64,000 bases of DNA from Acidimicrobiia bacterium (GTDB lineage Bacteria; Actinomycetota; Acidimicrobiia; IMCC26256; PALSA-555), in contig SHVJ01000001.1 in assembly GCA_009694295.1 (NCBI GenBank), forward strand, positions 7,286 to 71,285. The letters run 5' to 3'. The position numbers and the translations under genes were made by a program. Shown one piece after another: positions 24,478 to 34,213 of the stretch. The notes beneath the pieces were generated by a model that was not told where the DNA came from, searched no databases, and saw nothing but the letters and a program-made list of their open reading frames with translations. Each line of letters starts with the position of its first letter. Within the stretch, counting starts at the first letter, position 1.

Positions 24478-25544
24478 GCTTCCCCCTTGGTTTCTTCGAT
24501 CTTGGTCGGACCGGCGACCGGATGTGCCGCGGCTACCGGGATGTGGAGATGGCAACGCACCGTCGTGCCGCTCGATGTCTGCACGGGCGGTGGGTCCTCC
24601 GTACGACACACGTCCATCACGTCGGGACACCGCGGGTGGAAATGGCAACCCGACGGAGGTGAGGCGGGGTTGCCGACGTCACCCCGCACCGGGACCTTCG
24701 CGCGAGCGGTCCGACGCCGCGGATCGGGAAGCGGGATCGCCGCGAGCAACGCACGCGAATAGGGATGCGCGGGGCGCTCGTAGACCTCTTCGGCATCGCC
24801 GAGCTCGACGATGCGCCCCAGATACATGACCGCGATTCGGTGGCTGACGTGGCGCACGATGGCAAGGTCGTGCGAGATGAACAAGTACGCGACGCCGAGC
24901 TCCTCTTGGAGGTCCGCAAGAAGGTTGATCACCTGCGACTGGGTGGAGACGTCGAGCGAGCTGACCGGCTCGTCGCACACCAGCAGCTTCGGGTTTGGGG
25001 CAAGCGCGCGGGCGATCGCGATGCGCTGTCGTTGCCCGCCGGAGAACTCATGGGGATAGCGGCTCGTGACGCGACGGTCGAGACCGACGAGCGCCAAGAG
25101 CTCGGCCGCTCGCTGCTCGACCGCGGCACCGCGGAGCCCGTCGTGCACCCGCAGCGGTTCGCCGACGACCGCGCTCACGGTCTGGCGGGGATCGAGCGAT
25201 GTGAACGGGTCTTGGAAGACCATCTGGAGGTCTCGCCGCACACGGCGCAACCCCGCTCCAGACAAGGCGGTCAGATCCGTACCGGCGAATTCAACCGTCC
25301 CGCTGCTCGGTTCGATGAGGCGCATCACCAGCCGCGCGGTGGTGGACTTCCCCGATCCGCTCTCACCCACGAGGCCGAGCGTCTCGCCCGGTGCGATCGT
25401 GAAGTCGACACCGTCGACGGCTTGGATCGTGGCGAGTGTCCGGCGAAGCACGCGGCTGCGCACGGGGAAGCCCTTGCTCAGGCCACGGACCCGCAAGAGG
25501 GCGTCGGTGCCAGTCGAGGGGGTCATCGCTTCGGTCGCGGTCAC
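24474..25544 (-). CDS. Oligopeptide/dipeptide-type ABC transporter ATP-binding protein (OppF/DppF-like)
   Basis: GESGSGKST, FSGGQRQR, LLVCDEPVSSLD and a C-terminal CHFHPRC extension. GTG 25544 overlaps the upstream stop as GTGA. ATG 25526 is an alternative start. Confidence 0.9.
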   Translation of the reverse strand: MTATEAMTPSTGTDALLRVRGLSKGFPVRSRVLRRTLATIQAVDGVDFTIAPGETLGLVGESGSGKSTTARLVMRLIEPSSGTVEFAGTDLTALSGAGLRRVRRDLQMVFQDPFTSLDPRQTVSAVVGEPLRVHDGLRGAAVEQRAAELLALVGLDRRVTSRYPHEFSGGQRQRIAIARALAPNPKLLVCDEPVSSLDVSTQSQVINLLADLQEELGVAYLFISHDLAIVRHVSHRIAVMYLGRIVELGDAEEVYERPAHPYSRALLAAIPLPDPRRRTARAKVPVRGDVGNPASPPSGCHFHPRCPDVMDVCRTEDPPPVQTSSGTTVRCHLHIPVAAAHPVAGPTKIEETKGEA

Positions 25545-27493
25545 GTCGACCCGCCGAGCGTCAGCTCGTGGGCGCGCAGGCATCGAGCCAAGTGCGCGCT
25601 GGCGTCGAGCGCGCCGAGTGGCACGGCATCGATACGACAGGCGTCTTGTACGTACCGACAACGCGGGTTGAACCGACAGCCGGCCGGCCACTCGCCCGGC
25701 TGCGGCACCTGACCGGGAATCACCGCGAGCCGGGCGCCTACCTCCACGGCCTGTGGAAGCGATGCGATGAGCGCCTCGGTGTACGGGTGACGCGGGCACT
25801 CGAACAGCTCGGCTGCGCTCGCGTGCTCCACGATCTCGCCCGCGTACATCACGGCAACTTCGTCGCACATCTCGGCGACGATGCCAAGGTCATGCGTGAC
25901 GAACACGACCGCCATGTCGAAGTCGGATTGAAGCTCGCGCAGCAACTCCAAGAGCTGGGCCTGGATCGTGACATCGACCGCGGTCGTCGGCTCGTCGGCG
26001 ATGAGCAGCTTCGGCTTTCCCGAGAGCGCCATCGCGATCATCGCCCGCTGGCGCATGCCGCCAGACAGCTCATGGGGGTAGCTGCGCAGGCGCCGCCCGG
26101 GATCTGGGATCCCCACGCGTTCGAGGAGCTCGGTCGCCTTGAGCGTCGCGGCACGCCGACCGACCGCGTGGTGCGTGCGGATCGCTTCGATGAGCTGGTT
26201 GCCGATGGTAAATGCAGGATTGAGACTCGCCGTCGGGTCCTGGAAGACCATCGCGATCTCGCGACCACGGACCTCGCGCATCTCGGCGCGCGAGAGCCCG
26301 ACGAGCTCGCGTCCGGCAAGGCGGATGGAACCGGTGACGCGCGACGACCGCGGCGCCAGCAAGCCCATGGTCGACAGGGCCGACACGGTCTTGCCGCACC
26401 CGCTCTCGCCGACGAGCCCGAGCGTGCGACCCGCGTCGACGGAGAAGCCAGCGCCGTGGACGACAGTGCGCCACTCGCCGTCGGTGAAGAACTCGATGTG
26501 CAAGTCGCGCACGTCGAGGACCGGCCTGGGGCGGTCGTCGGGGATCGCGGGTGCGGCGACCGGCGCAGCGCCGGCGCGAAACCACCGGCGCCGAGGCGAC
26601 GCGCCGACGACGAGCGCGTCGCGCAGTCCGTCACCGATGAGGTTGAAGCACAGGACGGTGAGGGTGATCGCGATGCCCGGCGCGAAGATTCCGCCCGGCG
26701 CGTCGTAGACGAAGTTGAAGGCGCGCGACAGCATGCCGCCCCACGTGGGTGTCGGCGGCGGCGCACCGAGCCCAAGGAAACTCAGACCCGCCTCGAAGAG
26801 CAGCGCGAATCCGACAGCCTGCGATGCCTGCACGATCAACGGGGACGCGATGTTCGGCAACACGTGCCATGTGACGATTCGGGGAGCCGTGGTCCCGATC
26901 GAGCGCGACGCCTCGACGTAGCTCTCCGCGCGCACCGACAGCACTTGCCCTCGGATGAGCCGAATGAACCCGGGCACGAACACGATGGCGATCGCGATGA
27001 TCAGGATCATCTCGCTGTCACCGAGCAGCGAACGGACGACCAGCGCAAGGATCAACGGCGGGAAGGTGAACATCGCGTCCATCACTCGCATCACGATCGC
27101 GTCGGTCCAGCGGCCGTGATACCCGGCCACGAGCGCCAGAGGCAGCGAGACCAGGAGTGCCAGCAGGACCGCAACCACGGACACGCGGAGCGACACGCGC
27201 GCGCCGTAGAGGACGCGGGTGAAAACGTCGCGGCCGAGGTCATCGGTACCGAGCAGGTGGTCCCACGAGAGTCCCTCGAACGCTCGACGCGAGTTGCCGT
27301 CGGTCGGGTCGTACGGCGCGAGAACCCCCGCGAGGATCGCGAGCAAGGCGATCACCAAGAACAGGCCGAGCGCAACCATCGCGACTCGCTGCTGACGGAA
27401 GCGTTGCACGAGCTGCCGGATCGGTCCCGGGCTCGCGGGCGCCATCGCGGCCTCGGTCGCCCCATCGACGCGCGTGGGATCGACCGGGCTCAC
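25541..27493 (-). CDS. Fused ABC permease (OppC/DppC-like) and ATP-binding (OppD/DppD-like) protein
   Basis: 650 aa. The N-terminal ~300 aa are polytopic permease and the C-terminal half has [16 protein letters not shown] and [12 protein letters not shown]. The GTG start overlaps the oppB-like stop as GTGA. Confidence 0.9.
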   Translation of the reverse strand: MSPVDPTRVDGATEAAMAPASPGPIRQLVQRFRQQRVAMVALGLFLVIALLAILAGVLAPYDPTDGNSRRAFEGLSWDHLLGTDDLGRDVFTRVLYGARVSLRVSVVAVLLALLVSLPLALVAGYHGRWTDAIVMRVMDAMFTFPPLILALVVRSLLGDSEMILIIAIAIVFVPGFIRLIRGQVLSVRAESYVEASRSIGTTAPRIVTWHVLPNIASPLIVQASQAVGFALLFEAGLSFLGLGAPPPTPTWGGMLSRAFNFVYDAPGGIFAPGIAITLTVLCFNLIGDGLRDALVVGASPRRRWFRAGAAPVAAPAIPDDRPRPVLDVRDLHIEFFTDGEWRTVVHGAGFSVDAGRTLGLVGESGCGKTVSALSTMGLLAPRSSRVTGSIRLAGRELVGLSRAEMREVRGREIAMVFQDPTASLNPAFTIGNQLIEAIRTHHAVGRRAATLKATELLERVGIPDPGRRLRSYPHELSGGMRQRAMIAMALSGKPKLLIADEPTTAVDVTIQAQLLELLRELQSDFDMAVVFVTHDLGIVAEMCDEVAVMYAGEIVEHASAAELFECPRHPYTEALIASLPQAVEVGARLAVIPGQVPQPGEWPAGCRFNPRCRYVQDACRIDAVPLGALDASAHLARCLRAHELTLGGST

Positions 27494-28440
27494 GTCGCCC
27501 GCACCTTCGGGTTCAGCACGCCGTAGACGATGTCAACGACCAGGTTCACGAGCAGGAAGACGGTCGCGATCACGAGCACGCCTCCCTGGATCACCGGAAG
27601 GTCTGTCCGCCCGAAGCCCTCGATGATCAGGTACGTGCCGAGCCCGGGGAGGCTGAAGATGTACTCGATGATGATCGTGCCCCCGAGCAGGTAGCCGATC
27701 TGGAGGCCGAGGATGGTCACCGCGGGGGTCAGCGCGTTCTTCAGCGCGTGCTTGCCGATCACCCGGCGCTCGCGCAGTCCCGTGGCCCGCGCGGTGCGCA
27801 CATACTCCTGGCTCATCACGTCGATCACGGAACCGCGGACCTGGCGAGCGAGCGTGGCCGCGAGCGCGATCCCAAGCGCGATCCACGGCATGAGCAGCTT
27901 CTCGGCCCATTCGAGCGGCGACTCGGCAAAGTCCACGTACCCGATTGCCGGCAACACGTCGTTCTCGACCGCGAGCAGCACCACGAGCGCGGTCGCGATG
28001 AAGAAATCGGGGATCGCGATTCCGAGGCTGGAACCGAAGGTGATCACGCGGTCGACGACCGAGCCGGGCCTGGTGCCGGCGACGATCCCCAACGGCACGC
28101 CGATGAGCAAGGCGACGACGATCGCGCCGATCGCCACGCTCAGCGTCACGGGGAAGCGGTTCTGGATCTCACCGGTCACCTCGCGGCCGCTGAACAGCGA
28201 CTCCCCCAGATCGCCTTGCACCGCATCACCGAGCCAGCGGCCGTAGCGCTCGAAGAACGGCTCGTCGAGGTGGAGCTCGGCACTGATGTCCTGCACGCGT
28301 GCCTCCGGCGCGTTCAGCCCTCCCGCGAGCTCGCGCGCGGGGTTGCCACCGAGCAGAAGCACGAACGCGAAGATGATGAGACTGACAAGAAGCAACAGCG
28401 GAACGAGCGCGACAATTCGGCGCGCTACGAAGCCGCGCAC
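27490..28440 (-). CDS. ABC transporter permease (OppB/DppB-like)
   Basis: 316 aa, polytopic, with binding-protein-dependent transport signature region. Confidence 0.9.
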   Translation of the reverse strand: MRGFVARRIVALVPLLLLVSLIIFAFVLLLGGNPARELAGGLNAPEARVQDISAELHLDEPFFERYGRWLGDAVQGDLGESLFSGREVTGEIQNRFPVTLSVAIGAIVVALLIGVPLGIVAGTRPGSVVDRVITFGSSLGIAIPDFFIATALVVLLAVENDVLPAIGYVDFAESPLEWAEKLLMPWIALGIALAATLARQVRGSVIDVMSQEYVRTARATGLRERRVIGKHALKNALTPAVTILGLQIGYLLGGTIIIEYIFSLPGLGTYLIIEGFGRTDLPVIQGGVLVIATVFLLVNLVVDIVYGVLNPKVRAT

Positions 28441-28443
28441 GAA

Positions 28444-30030
28444 CTAGTCCTTGCTGGCGTTCTTCGCGAGCGTCACCTTGGTGAGGTCGATCGGCGTGCA
28501 CGAGCCCGGTGGGGCGCGCAGGTCGCCACCTACCCGCGTCTCATCCCAGGCGATGTTGCGGGGCGTGAACACGATCGGCGCCTCGAGCGCGTTGTCGACC
28601 AGGATCGCAACGGCCTGGTGCATGAGGCTCGCGAACTCCGCCGGATTACTCGTACTGCGCGCGCGCGTCGCGAGGTCCGTGATCTCGGGGTTCTCGGCGC
28701 CGTTGAACGCAGCGACGAAGCGGCCCAATCCGAACTGCTCGATGACCTGACCGGGCGCATCGAGCTGCGCGGGTCGGGAGTGCAAGAAGGCGTTGCCCTG
28801 CCGTTGCACGTAGTACTCGGTGGGGATGTCGGTGACCCGCTTGATGTTGGCGATGATGCCGACTTTCTTCAGTTGCTGCTGCACAAGTTCCGCCGAGCGG
28901 TCCAGGAACGGGATCCCGCCGCCAGGGCTGTAGAGATCGAACTCGAAGCCGTCGGGCATGCCCGCTTCCTCGAGGAGCTCGCGGGCGCGCTCGAGGTCGT
29001 GCGGGTAGCGCTCGATCTGCGTCGGGTCGTACGACGGCGTGCCCTCGGGGAACGGGAACCATGCGATCTGCCCGCGGCCGAGGAAGACCGCGTCGTTGAT
29101 CTCGTCGCGATCGATCGCGTAGTTCACCGCCTGGCGCAGCAGTGGGTTGTCGAAGGGCGGCACGCCGGTGCGGAACTGCACGACCACGTAGTTCGGCGCG
29201 GCGATGGTGGGGAACGAGGTGGCCACGCCGACATCGTCCTGGCGCTCCAATCGGTCGAGCGAATCCTCCTGCACGATGATCACGTCGATGTCGCCAGCGA
29301 GGAGCGCGTTCACGCCCGCCGATCCCGTCGGCGCCTGCACGAAGTCGATGCCGGGCAGCGTGACGAGCGACGGATCGTGGAACTTCTTGTTGGGCCGCAG
29401 TGAGATGATCCGCCCCGGCTCGAAGTTCTCGAACGTGTACGGACCCGCGCCGATGGGCTTCTCGTCGGCACTCTCGGCGTCGATCGACTTGGGCGCAACG
29501 ATCATTCCTTCGCGCTGCGACAGCACGAGTGGCAGCACGCCACCGGTGTCGTCCTCGAGGTTGAGCTGCACGGTGAGGTCGTCGACCACCTCGATCGTGT
29601 CGACGACCCGCAACGCCTCACCGGTCTGCTCGCCCCGCTTGAGGTACTCAAGCCCCTTCTTCACCGCTTCGGCGTCGAAGGCCTCGCCGTTTTGGAAGGT
29701 CAATCCCGCGCGCAGGTGCAACGTGAAGGTACGGCCGTCGAGCTCCCAGCTCTCGGCGAGGCCGGGGATCGGGTTGCCGTCGGCGTCGATGTCGGTGAGG
29801 GATCCGTAGATCCAGTGCATGACGATGTTGTCGCAGCCGTTCGTGCTCTCGGCTGGGTCGAGATGCCCGGAGAGCTGGGTCTCCATCTGGACCGCGTAGC
29901 GGAGAAACTGGTCGGAGGCGCTGCCGCCGCCACCCGAGGTGGAGCATGCAGCGGCCACGAGCGTGATGGCGACCACAAGGCGGGCGAGGCGCGCTGGGCG
30001 TTCGCCGCCGATCTGGAACCTGGTTGGCAT
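28444..30030 (-). CDS. ABC transporter substrate-binding lipoprotein, family 5 (peptide/nickel type)
   Basis: Start ATG 30030 is preceded by GGGGGGAAGG. Lipobox LVAAAC. The mature part is typical SBP_bac_5 length and composition. Confidence 0.85.
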   Translation of the reverse strand: MPTRFQIGGERPARLARLVVAITLVAAACSTSGGGGSASDQFLRYAVQMETQLSGHLDPAESTNGCDNIVMHWIYGSLTDIDADGNPIPGLAESWELDGRTFTLHLRAGLTFQNGEAFDAEAVKKGLEYLKRGEQTGEALRVVDTIEVVDDLTVQLNLEDDTGGVLPLVLSQREGMIVAPKSIDAESADEKPIGAGPYTFENFEPGRIISLRPNKKFHDPSLVTLPGIDFVQAPTGSAGVNALLAGDIDVIIVQEDSLDRLERQDDVGVATSFPTIAAPNYVVVQFRTGVPPFDNPLLRQAVNYAIDRDEINDAVFLGRGQIAWFPFPEGTPSYDPTQIERYPHDLERARELLEEAGMPDGFEFDLYSPGGGIPFLDRSAELVQQQLKKVGIIANIKRVTDIPTEYYVQRQGNAFLHSRPAQLDAPGQVIEQFGLGRFVAAFNGAENPEITDLATRARSTSNPAEFASLMHQAVAILVDNALEAPIVFTPRNIAWDETRVGGDLRAPPGSCTPIDLTKVTLAKNASKD

Positions 30031-30071
30031 CCTTCCCCCCGGTTGCCGGATGCTGGCGCAGTATCGCATGC

Positions 30072-30093
30072 CCGTCAACACGCGCGTCGACGG
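30072..30093. promoter_or_regulatory. 22-bp near-palindrome CCGTCAAC-ACGCGC-GTCGACGG (operator-like, site 1)
   Basis: 9 of 11 positions are self-complementary. It lies 42-63 nt upstream of the oppA-like ATG 30030. Confidence 0.5.
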
Positions 30094-30133
30094 AAGGCCC
30101 CGAGCCCCTGAGCAGCAAGGGATCGTCCTGATA

Positions 30134-30155
30134 CGGTCAACGCGACTGTTGACTG
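30134..30155. promoter_or_regulatory. 22-bp palindrome CGGTCAAC-GCGACT-GTTGACTG (operator-like, site 2)
   Basis: The core GTCAAC-N6-GTTGAC is perfect. It lies 29-50 nt upstream of the amidohydrolase GTG 30184. Its centre is 62 bp from site 1. Confidence 0.5.
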
Positions 30156-30183
30156 GCGTGCTGGCGACCGAGGGGGGTGCCTA

Positions 30184-31425
30184 GTGGGCGACGTGATGGT
30201 CATTGACGGCGACGGCCACCTCATGGAGCCGCCCGACATGTGGTCGGCCCGCATGGACGCCAAGAAGTGGGGTGACTCGATCCCGCACTTCGACGCTGAA
30301 GGCACCTTCTGGATCGGCGGCGTCGCTCGGATCGGTGGTCCGGGGATGCACGAGGAGGTCGCCCGGATCAACGGCGTGACCGTCGAGGAGCTCTTCGAGT
30401 CGTACGCGCGCACGACGTCGTCGACCGACACCGCGGGTGGGCACGACCCGCAGGCGCGCCTGCGGTCGATGGACGCCGACGGGATCGACGTGGCCGTGAT
30501 GTACCCCACGAAGTCGCTCCAGTTCGGGCCGAGCGACCCGATCCCTGCGATCCGCGACAACCCCGAGTTCGTGCTCGCCTGCCACCGCGCGTACAACGAC
30601 TGGGCGTCCGAGTACTGCACGACCGCGCCCGACCGACTGTTCGCCATCGCCGCGGTACCGCTCCAGGACATCGCGCTCGCGGTCGCGGAGGCCGAGCGCG
30701 CCGTCAACACGCTCGGGCTCAAGGGCGTGGCCATCCGGCCGTCGGCCACCCAATTTTCCGATGCTGGGGACGACCTGCCGTTCAGCAACCGCGTGTACGA
30801 CCCGTTCTGGGCCGCGTGCCAAGACCTCGACATCCCGGTTGGCCTCCACCCGATCGTGCACGTCGACACGCCGGGCGCGTGTCGCAAGTTCGGCCTCGTG
30901 CGCGACAGTCCGAGCCTGAACATGACGAACTCGGCCGTCGACGAGAACCACGGTGGCTCAGCGATGGGTCAGGCGATCGGCAACCCCGTCGACATGATCG
31001 TGAGCATGGGGCGACTGCTCATGGGCGACGTGTGCGAGCGGTTCCCAAGGTTGCGATTCATCTTCTTGGAGTCGGGTGGCGGGTGGTGCGCGACGCAGCT
31101 CGAGCGCATGGACGAACAGCTCGAAGCGTTCCCGCTCGAAGGCCGTCGACTCTCGATGATGCCGAGCGAGTACTTCCGTCGGCAGTGCTACGTCTCGTTC
31201 GATCCGGGTGAGTGGAACCTCGCCGCGTCGGCGGAGTTCATCGGCGCCGATCGCATCATCTGGGCCTCGGACTACCCGCATCCCGAGTACACGCCCGAAG
31301 TCGTGCCGAAGCTGAAGGCGGCGATCTCCACGCTCCCCGCCGACTCACAGCGCAAGATCCTCGGCGCCAACGCGGCCGACGCCTACCGGTTGCCAGTCGG
31401 CCGCACGGCCTCGGTTGCACGATGA
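30184..31425 (+). CDS. Amidohydrolase-2 (ACMSD-type metal-dependent hydrolase/decarboxylase) family, paralogue 1
   Basis: VIDGDGHLMEPPDMW N-terminus and WASDYPHPE near the C-terminus. GAGGGGGG lies before the GTG start. Confidence 0.85.
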   Translation: MGDVMVIDGDGHLMEPPDMWSARMDAKKWGDSIPHFDAEGTFWIGGVARIGGPGMHEEVARINGVTVEELFESYARTTSSTDTAGGHDPQARLRSMDADGIDVAVMYPTKSLQFGPSDPIPAIRDNPEFVLACHRAYNDWASEYCTTAPDRLFAIAAVPLQDIALAVAEAERAVNTLGLKGVAIRPSATQFSDAGDDLPFSNRVYDPFWAACQDLDIPVGLHPIVHVDTPGACRKFGLVRDSPSLNMTNSAVDENHGGSAMGQAIGNPVDMIVSMGRLLMGDVCERFPRLRFIFLESGGGWCATQLERMDEQLEAFPLEGRRLSMMPSEYFRRQCYVSFDPGEWNLAASAEFIGADRIIWASDYPHPEYTPEVVPKLKAAISTLPADSQRKILGANAADAYRLPVGRTASVAR

Positions 31426-32585
31426 GCAAGCGGTCGGTCGAGATCGACACCAGCGATCTCGATCAGTGGTGTGGAAAGTCGATGGGGGGCGGGCAGCTGC
31501 GCGACCCGATCAGCAACACCGACATCCGCCGGTGGGTGCAGGGTATGCAGTACCCAAACCCACTGCATTACGACGACGACTACGCGGCGGCGAGCCGATT
31601 CGGGCGTCTCGTGGCGCCGCAGTCGTTCATGGTCAACTGCGACATCGGGCATGGGTCGATGCCGTCGGTGTTCGGCAAGATCCCGGGCACGCACATGATC
31701 TTCGGCGGCGACGAATGGTGGTTCTACGGACCGCGCGTCTTTGCCGGCGACCAGATCACGATCGAGCGTCAGCACCTCGACTACCGCGTGGCGGAGACGA
31801 AGTTCGCCGGACCCACGGTCTTCGGCCGCGGCGACAACACGCACCGCAACCAGCGCGGCGAAGAGGTGTCGAAGCAACGGTCGACATCGGTCCGTTACCT
31901 CGCCGAAGAAGCACGGAAGAGGGGGTTCTTCGGCGAGGCCGCGCCGCGCCCAACGTGGACTCGCGAGCAGCTCGACGACCTCGCGGCGCGGCGCATGGAT
32001 TGGATCCGCAGCGGCCTCGGCGGCACGTCGCCGAGCTTCGCGGATGTCGACCTCGGCACGAAGCTCCCCACGTGCCCGATCGGTCCGCACACCACGCAAT
32101 CGTTCGTGACCGAGTGGCGCTCGTTCATCTCGGTGGTGTGGGGTTCGACACGCGACCTCTGGGCCGACTTCAGCGGCCTCGACGGTGGGTGGCTGCCCGA
32201 GATGTCGCGCGACGAGGAGGCAGCAAAAATCAACCCGGCACTCGGGGACGGCATGTACGCCGGCGCGTCGCGGGGGCATACAGATGGCGACGCCGCGGCG
32301 ATCATCGGGATGCCCCGGGGCTACGGCTACGGGGCATCGATGGGAGCGTGGGCGTTGAACTACGTGGCGTTCTGGGCCGGTGACGCTGGCTTCATCCGCC
32401 ACTCGAACATCCAATATCGGTTCCCACCGTTCGAAGACGACGCCACGCTGCTCGACGGTGAAGTGGTGAACAAGGAGCGCGACACGACGCTCGGTGTTCC
32501 GATTGTGACCGTCGACCTCACGATGACGAACCAGGACGGCGCGGTGCTCGCCAAGGGACCCATCGAGGTGGAGCTCCCCGAGTGA
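31422..32585 (+). CDS. Double hotdog MaoC-like (FAS1-type dehydratase N-domain) hydratase
   Basis: IRRWVQGMQYPNPLHYDDDYAAASRFGRLVAPQSF and a C-terminal hotdog segment. ATG 31422 overlaps the upstream stop as ATGA. Confidence 0.75.
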   Translation: MSKRSVEIDTSDLDQWCGKSMGGGQLRDPISNTDIRRWVQGMQYPNPLHYDDDYAAASRFGRLVAPQSFMVNCDIGHGSMPSVFGKIPGTHMIFGGDEWWFYGPRVFAGDQITIERQHLDYRVAETKFAGPTVFGRGDNTHRNQRGEEVSKQRSTSVRYLAEEARKRGFFGEAAPRPTWTREQLDDLAARRMDWIRSGLGGTSPSFADVDLGTKLPTCPIGPHTTQSFVTEWRSFISVVWGSTRDLWADFSGLDGGWLPEMSRDEEAAKINPALGDGMYAGASRGHTDGDAAAIIGMPRGYGYGASMGAWALNYVAFWAGDAGFIRHSNIQYRFPPFEDDATLLDGEVVNKERDTTLGVPIVTVDLTMTNQDGAVLAKGPIEVELPE

Positions 32586-34213
32586 CCTGGCCGACGCGCG
32601 TCACGCCGGCCGACCTCGCGGCGCGCTACGTGGAGCGCGGCCACTGGGACGACCGCACGCTGGGCCAGCTGCTCGACGGCTACCTGCGCGCGGAGCCCGA
32701 TCTCGAGTTCCGCATCTGGTCCGACACCCGCCCGTACCGCGGCACATACCGGTCCGTGCACGAGCTCTCGGCACGCGTTGCAGGCGGGCTTGCGGCACGC
32801 GGGGTCGGCCCGGGCGACGTCGTCGCATTCCAGATGCCGAACTGGGTGGAAGCCGCAGCCACGTTCTGGGGTTTGAGCCTGCTCGGCGCGGTGATCGTGC
32901 CGATCGTGCACTTCTACGGACCGAAGGAGGTGGCGTTCATCCTCCAGGAGTCGGGTGCCCGTGTTCACCTGAGCGCAGACCAGTTCGGGCACGCGAACTT
33001 CCTCGACGCACTCGACGCAGTGCTCCCCCAGACGCCCGACGTCGAAGAGGTGTACGTGGCCGGCGACAGCGCGGGGTCGCACACCCCGTTCGCCACGTTG
33101 CTCGACGCCGATCCGCTTCCGGCGCCGATCCAGGTCGACCCGGCGGCGCCCGCGTTCATTGCCTACACGTCGGGCACCACCGCCAGCCCAAAGGGAGTGG
33201 TGCACTCGCACCGCAGTGCCGGTGCGGAGGTGCGCGACAAGATCGACTTCCGGGTGCTGCCGAAAGGCGATCCACCGAACCTCGTCGGCGCGCCGATCAG
33301 TCACGCCATCGGCATGCTCGGCGCGTTGCTCGCACCGCTCGCGTGGCGCGAGCCCGTACACGTCATCGACGTGTGGGACCCATCCAAGGTCTTGGCTGCG
33401 ATGGCGGAGGCTCACCTCTGCTCCGGGAGCGGGTCACCGTTCTTCCTCGCGAGCCTGCTCGATTGCCCCGACTTCACCGACGAGCACCTGAAGCTCATCC
33501 GTCACGTCGCGATCGGCGGCGCGCCGGTGCCGGCGGCGTTTGCCGAGCGCGTCACCGAGCTCGGCATCTCCATCGTGCGCGGCTACGGCTCCACGGAGCA
33601 CCCGTCGACCACGAGCACCTTGCACGAAGTGGATTCACTCGAAGCGCGCATCTACAGCGACGGCCGTCCGCAGCCGGGCATCGAGGTGCGCATCGCTGAC
33701 GACGACGGGCGGCCGGTGTCACCGGGCGAGTGGGGCGAGATCCAGTCGCGCGGCCCCGACCTGTGCACGGGGTACACCGATCCGGCGCTCACCGCCGACG
33801 CCTTCGACGCCGACGGCTGGTACGCCACGGGCGACATCGGCTTCCTCGACGACGACGGCTATCTGCACGTGACCGACAGGAAGAAGGACATCATCATCCG
33901 CGGCGGCGAGAAGGTCAGCGCCAGCGAGGTGGAGGAACTGCTTCACCGCATGGGCGGCGTCGCCGAATGTGCGGTGGTTCCCGCACCAGACGCGCGCCTC
34001 GGTGAGCACGGCTGCGCGTACTTCCGCATGCTCGAAGGCCACGACGCACCCGACCTCGACAAGCTGCGCGCCCACCTCGACGAAGCCGGCCTGGCGCGTC
34101 AGAAGTGGCCAGAAGAAGTGCGAGTCGTCGACGACTTCCCAAGAACCCCAAGCGGCAAGATCAAGAAGTACGAGCTGCGCAACCAGCTGCGGGACGAAAC
34201 GGCGAGGAAATAG
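32582..34213 (+). CDS. AMP-dependent acyl-CoA synthetase/ligase
   Basis: IAYTSGTTASPKGVVHSH, YGSTE, TGDIGFLDDDGYLHVTDRKKDIIIRGGEKV. The GTG start overlaps the upstream stop as GTGA. Confidence 0.9.
   Translation: MTWPTRVTPADLAARYVERGHWDDRTLGQLLDGYLRAEPDLEFRIWSDTRPYRGTYRSVHELSARVAGGLAARGVGPGDVVAFQMPNWVEAAATFWGLSLLGAVIVPIVHFYGPKEVAFILQESGARVHLSADQFGHANFLDALDAVLPQTPDVEEVYVAGDSAGSHTPFATLLDADPLPAPIQVDPAAPAFIAYTSGTTASPKGVVHSHRSAGAEVRDKIDFRVLPKGDPPNLVGAPISHAIGMLGALLAPLAWREPVHVIDVWDPSKVLAAMAEAHLCSGSGSPFFLASLLDCPDFTDEHLKLIRHVAIGGAPVPAAFAERVTELGISIVRGYGSTEHPSTTSTLHEVDSLEARIYSDGRPQPGIEVRIADDDGRPVSPGEWGEIQSRGPDLCTGYTDPALTADAFDADGWYATGDIGFLDDDGYLHVTDRKKDIIIRGGEKVSASEVEELLHRMGGVAECAVVPAPDARLGEHGCAYFRMLEGHDAPDLDKLRAHLDEAGLARQKWPEEVRVVDDFPRTPSGKIKKYELRNQLRDETARK

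Noticed and set aside
25436-27526. Very long ORFs antisense to clearly recognisable genes. Examples: 25436..27526 (696 aa), 27748..29403 (551 aa), 54040..55554 (504 aa), 56959..58461 (500 aa), 58377..59735 (452 aa), 915..2357 (480 aa), 17160..18602 (480 aa), 32360..33415 and 55943..57043.
   Set aside because: Their translations are Arg/Pro/Gly/Asp-rich low-complexity strings with no motifs. The opposite strand always encodes a protein with textbook motifs. Stop-free antisense frames are expected in GC-rich DNA.
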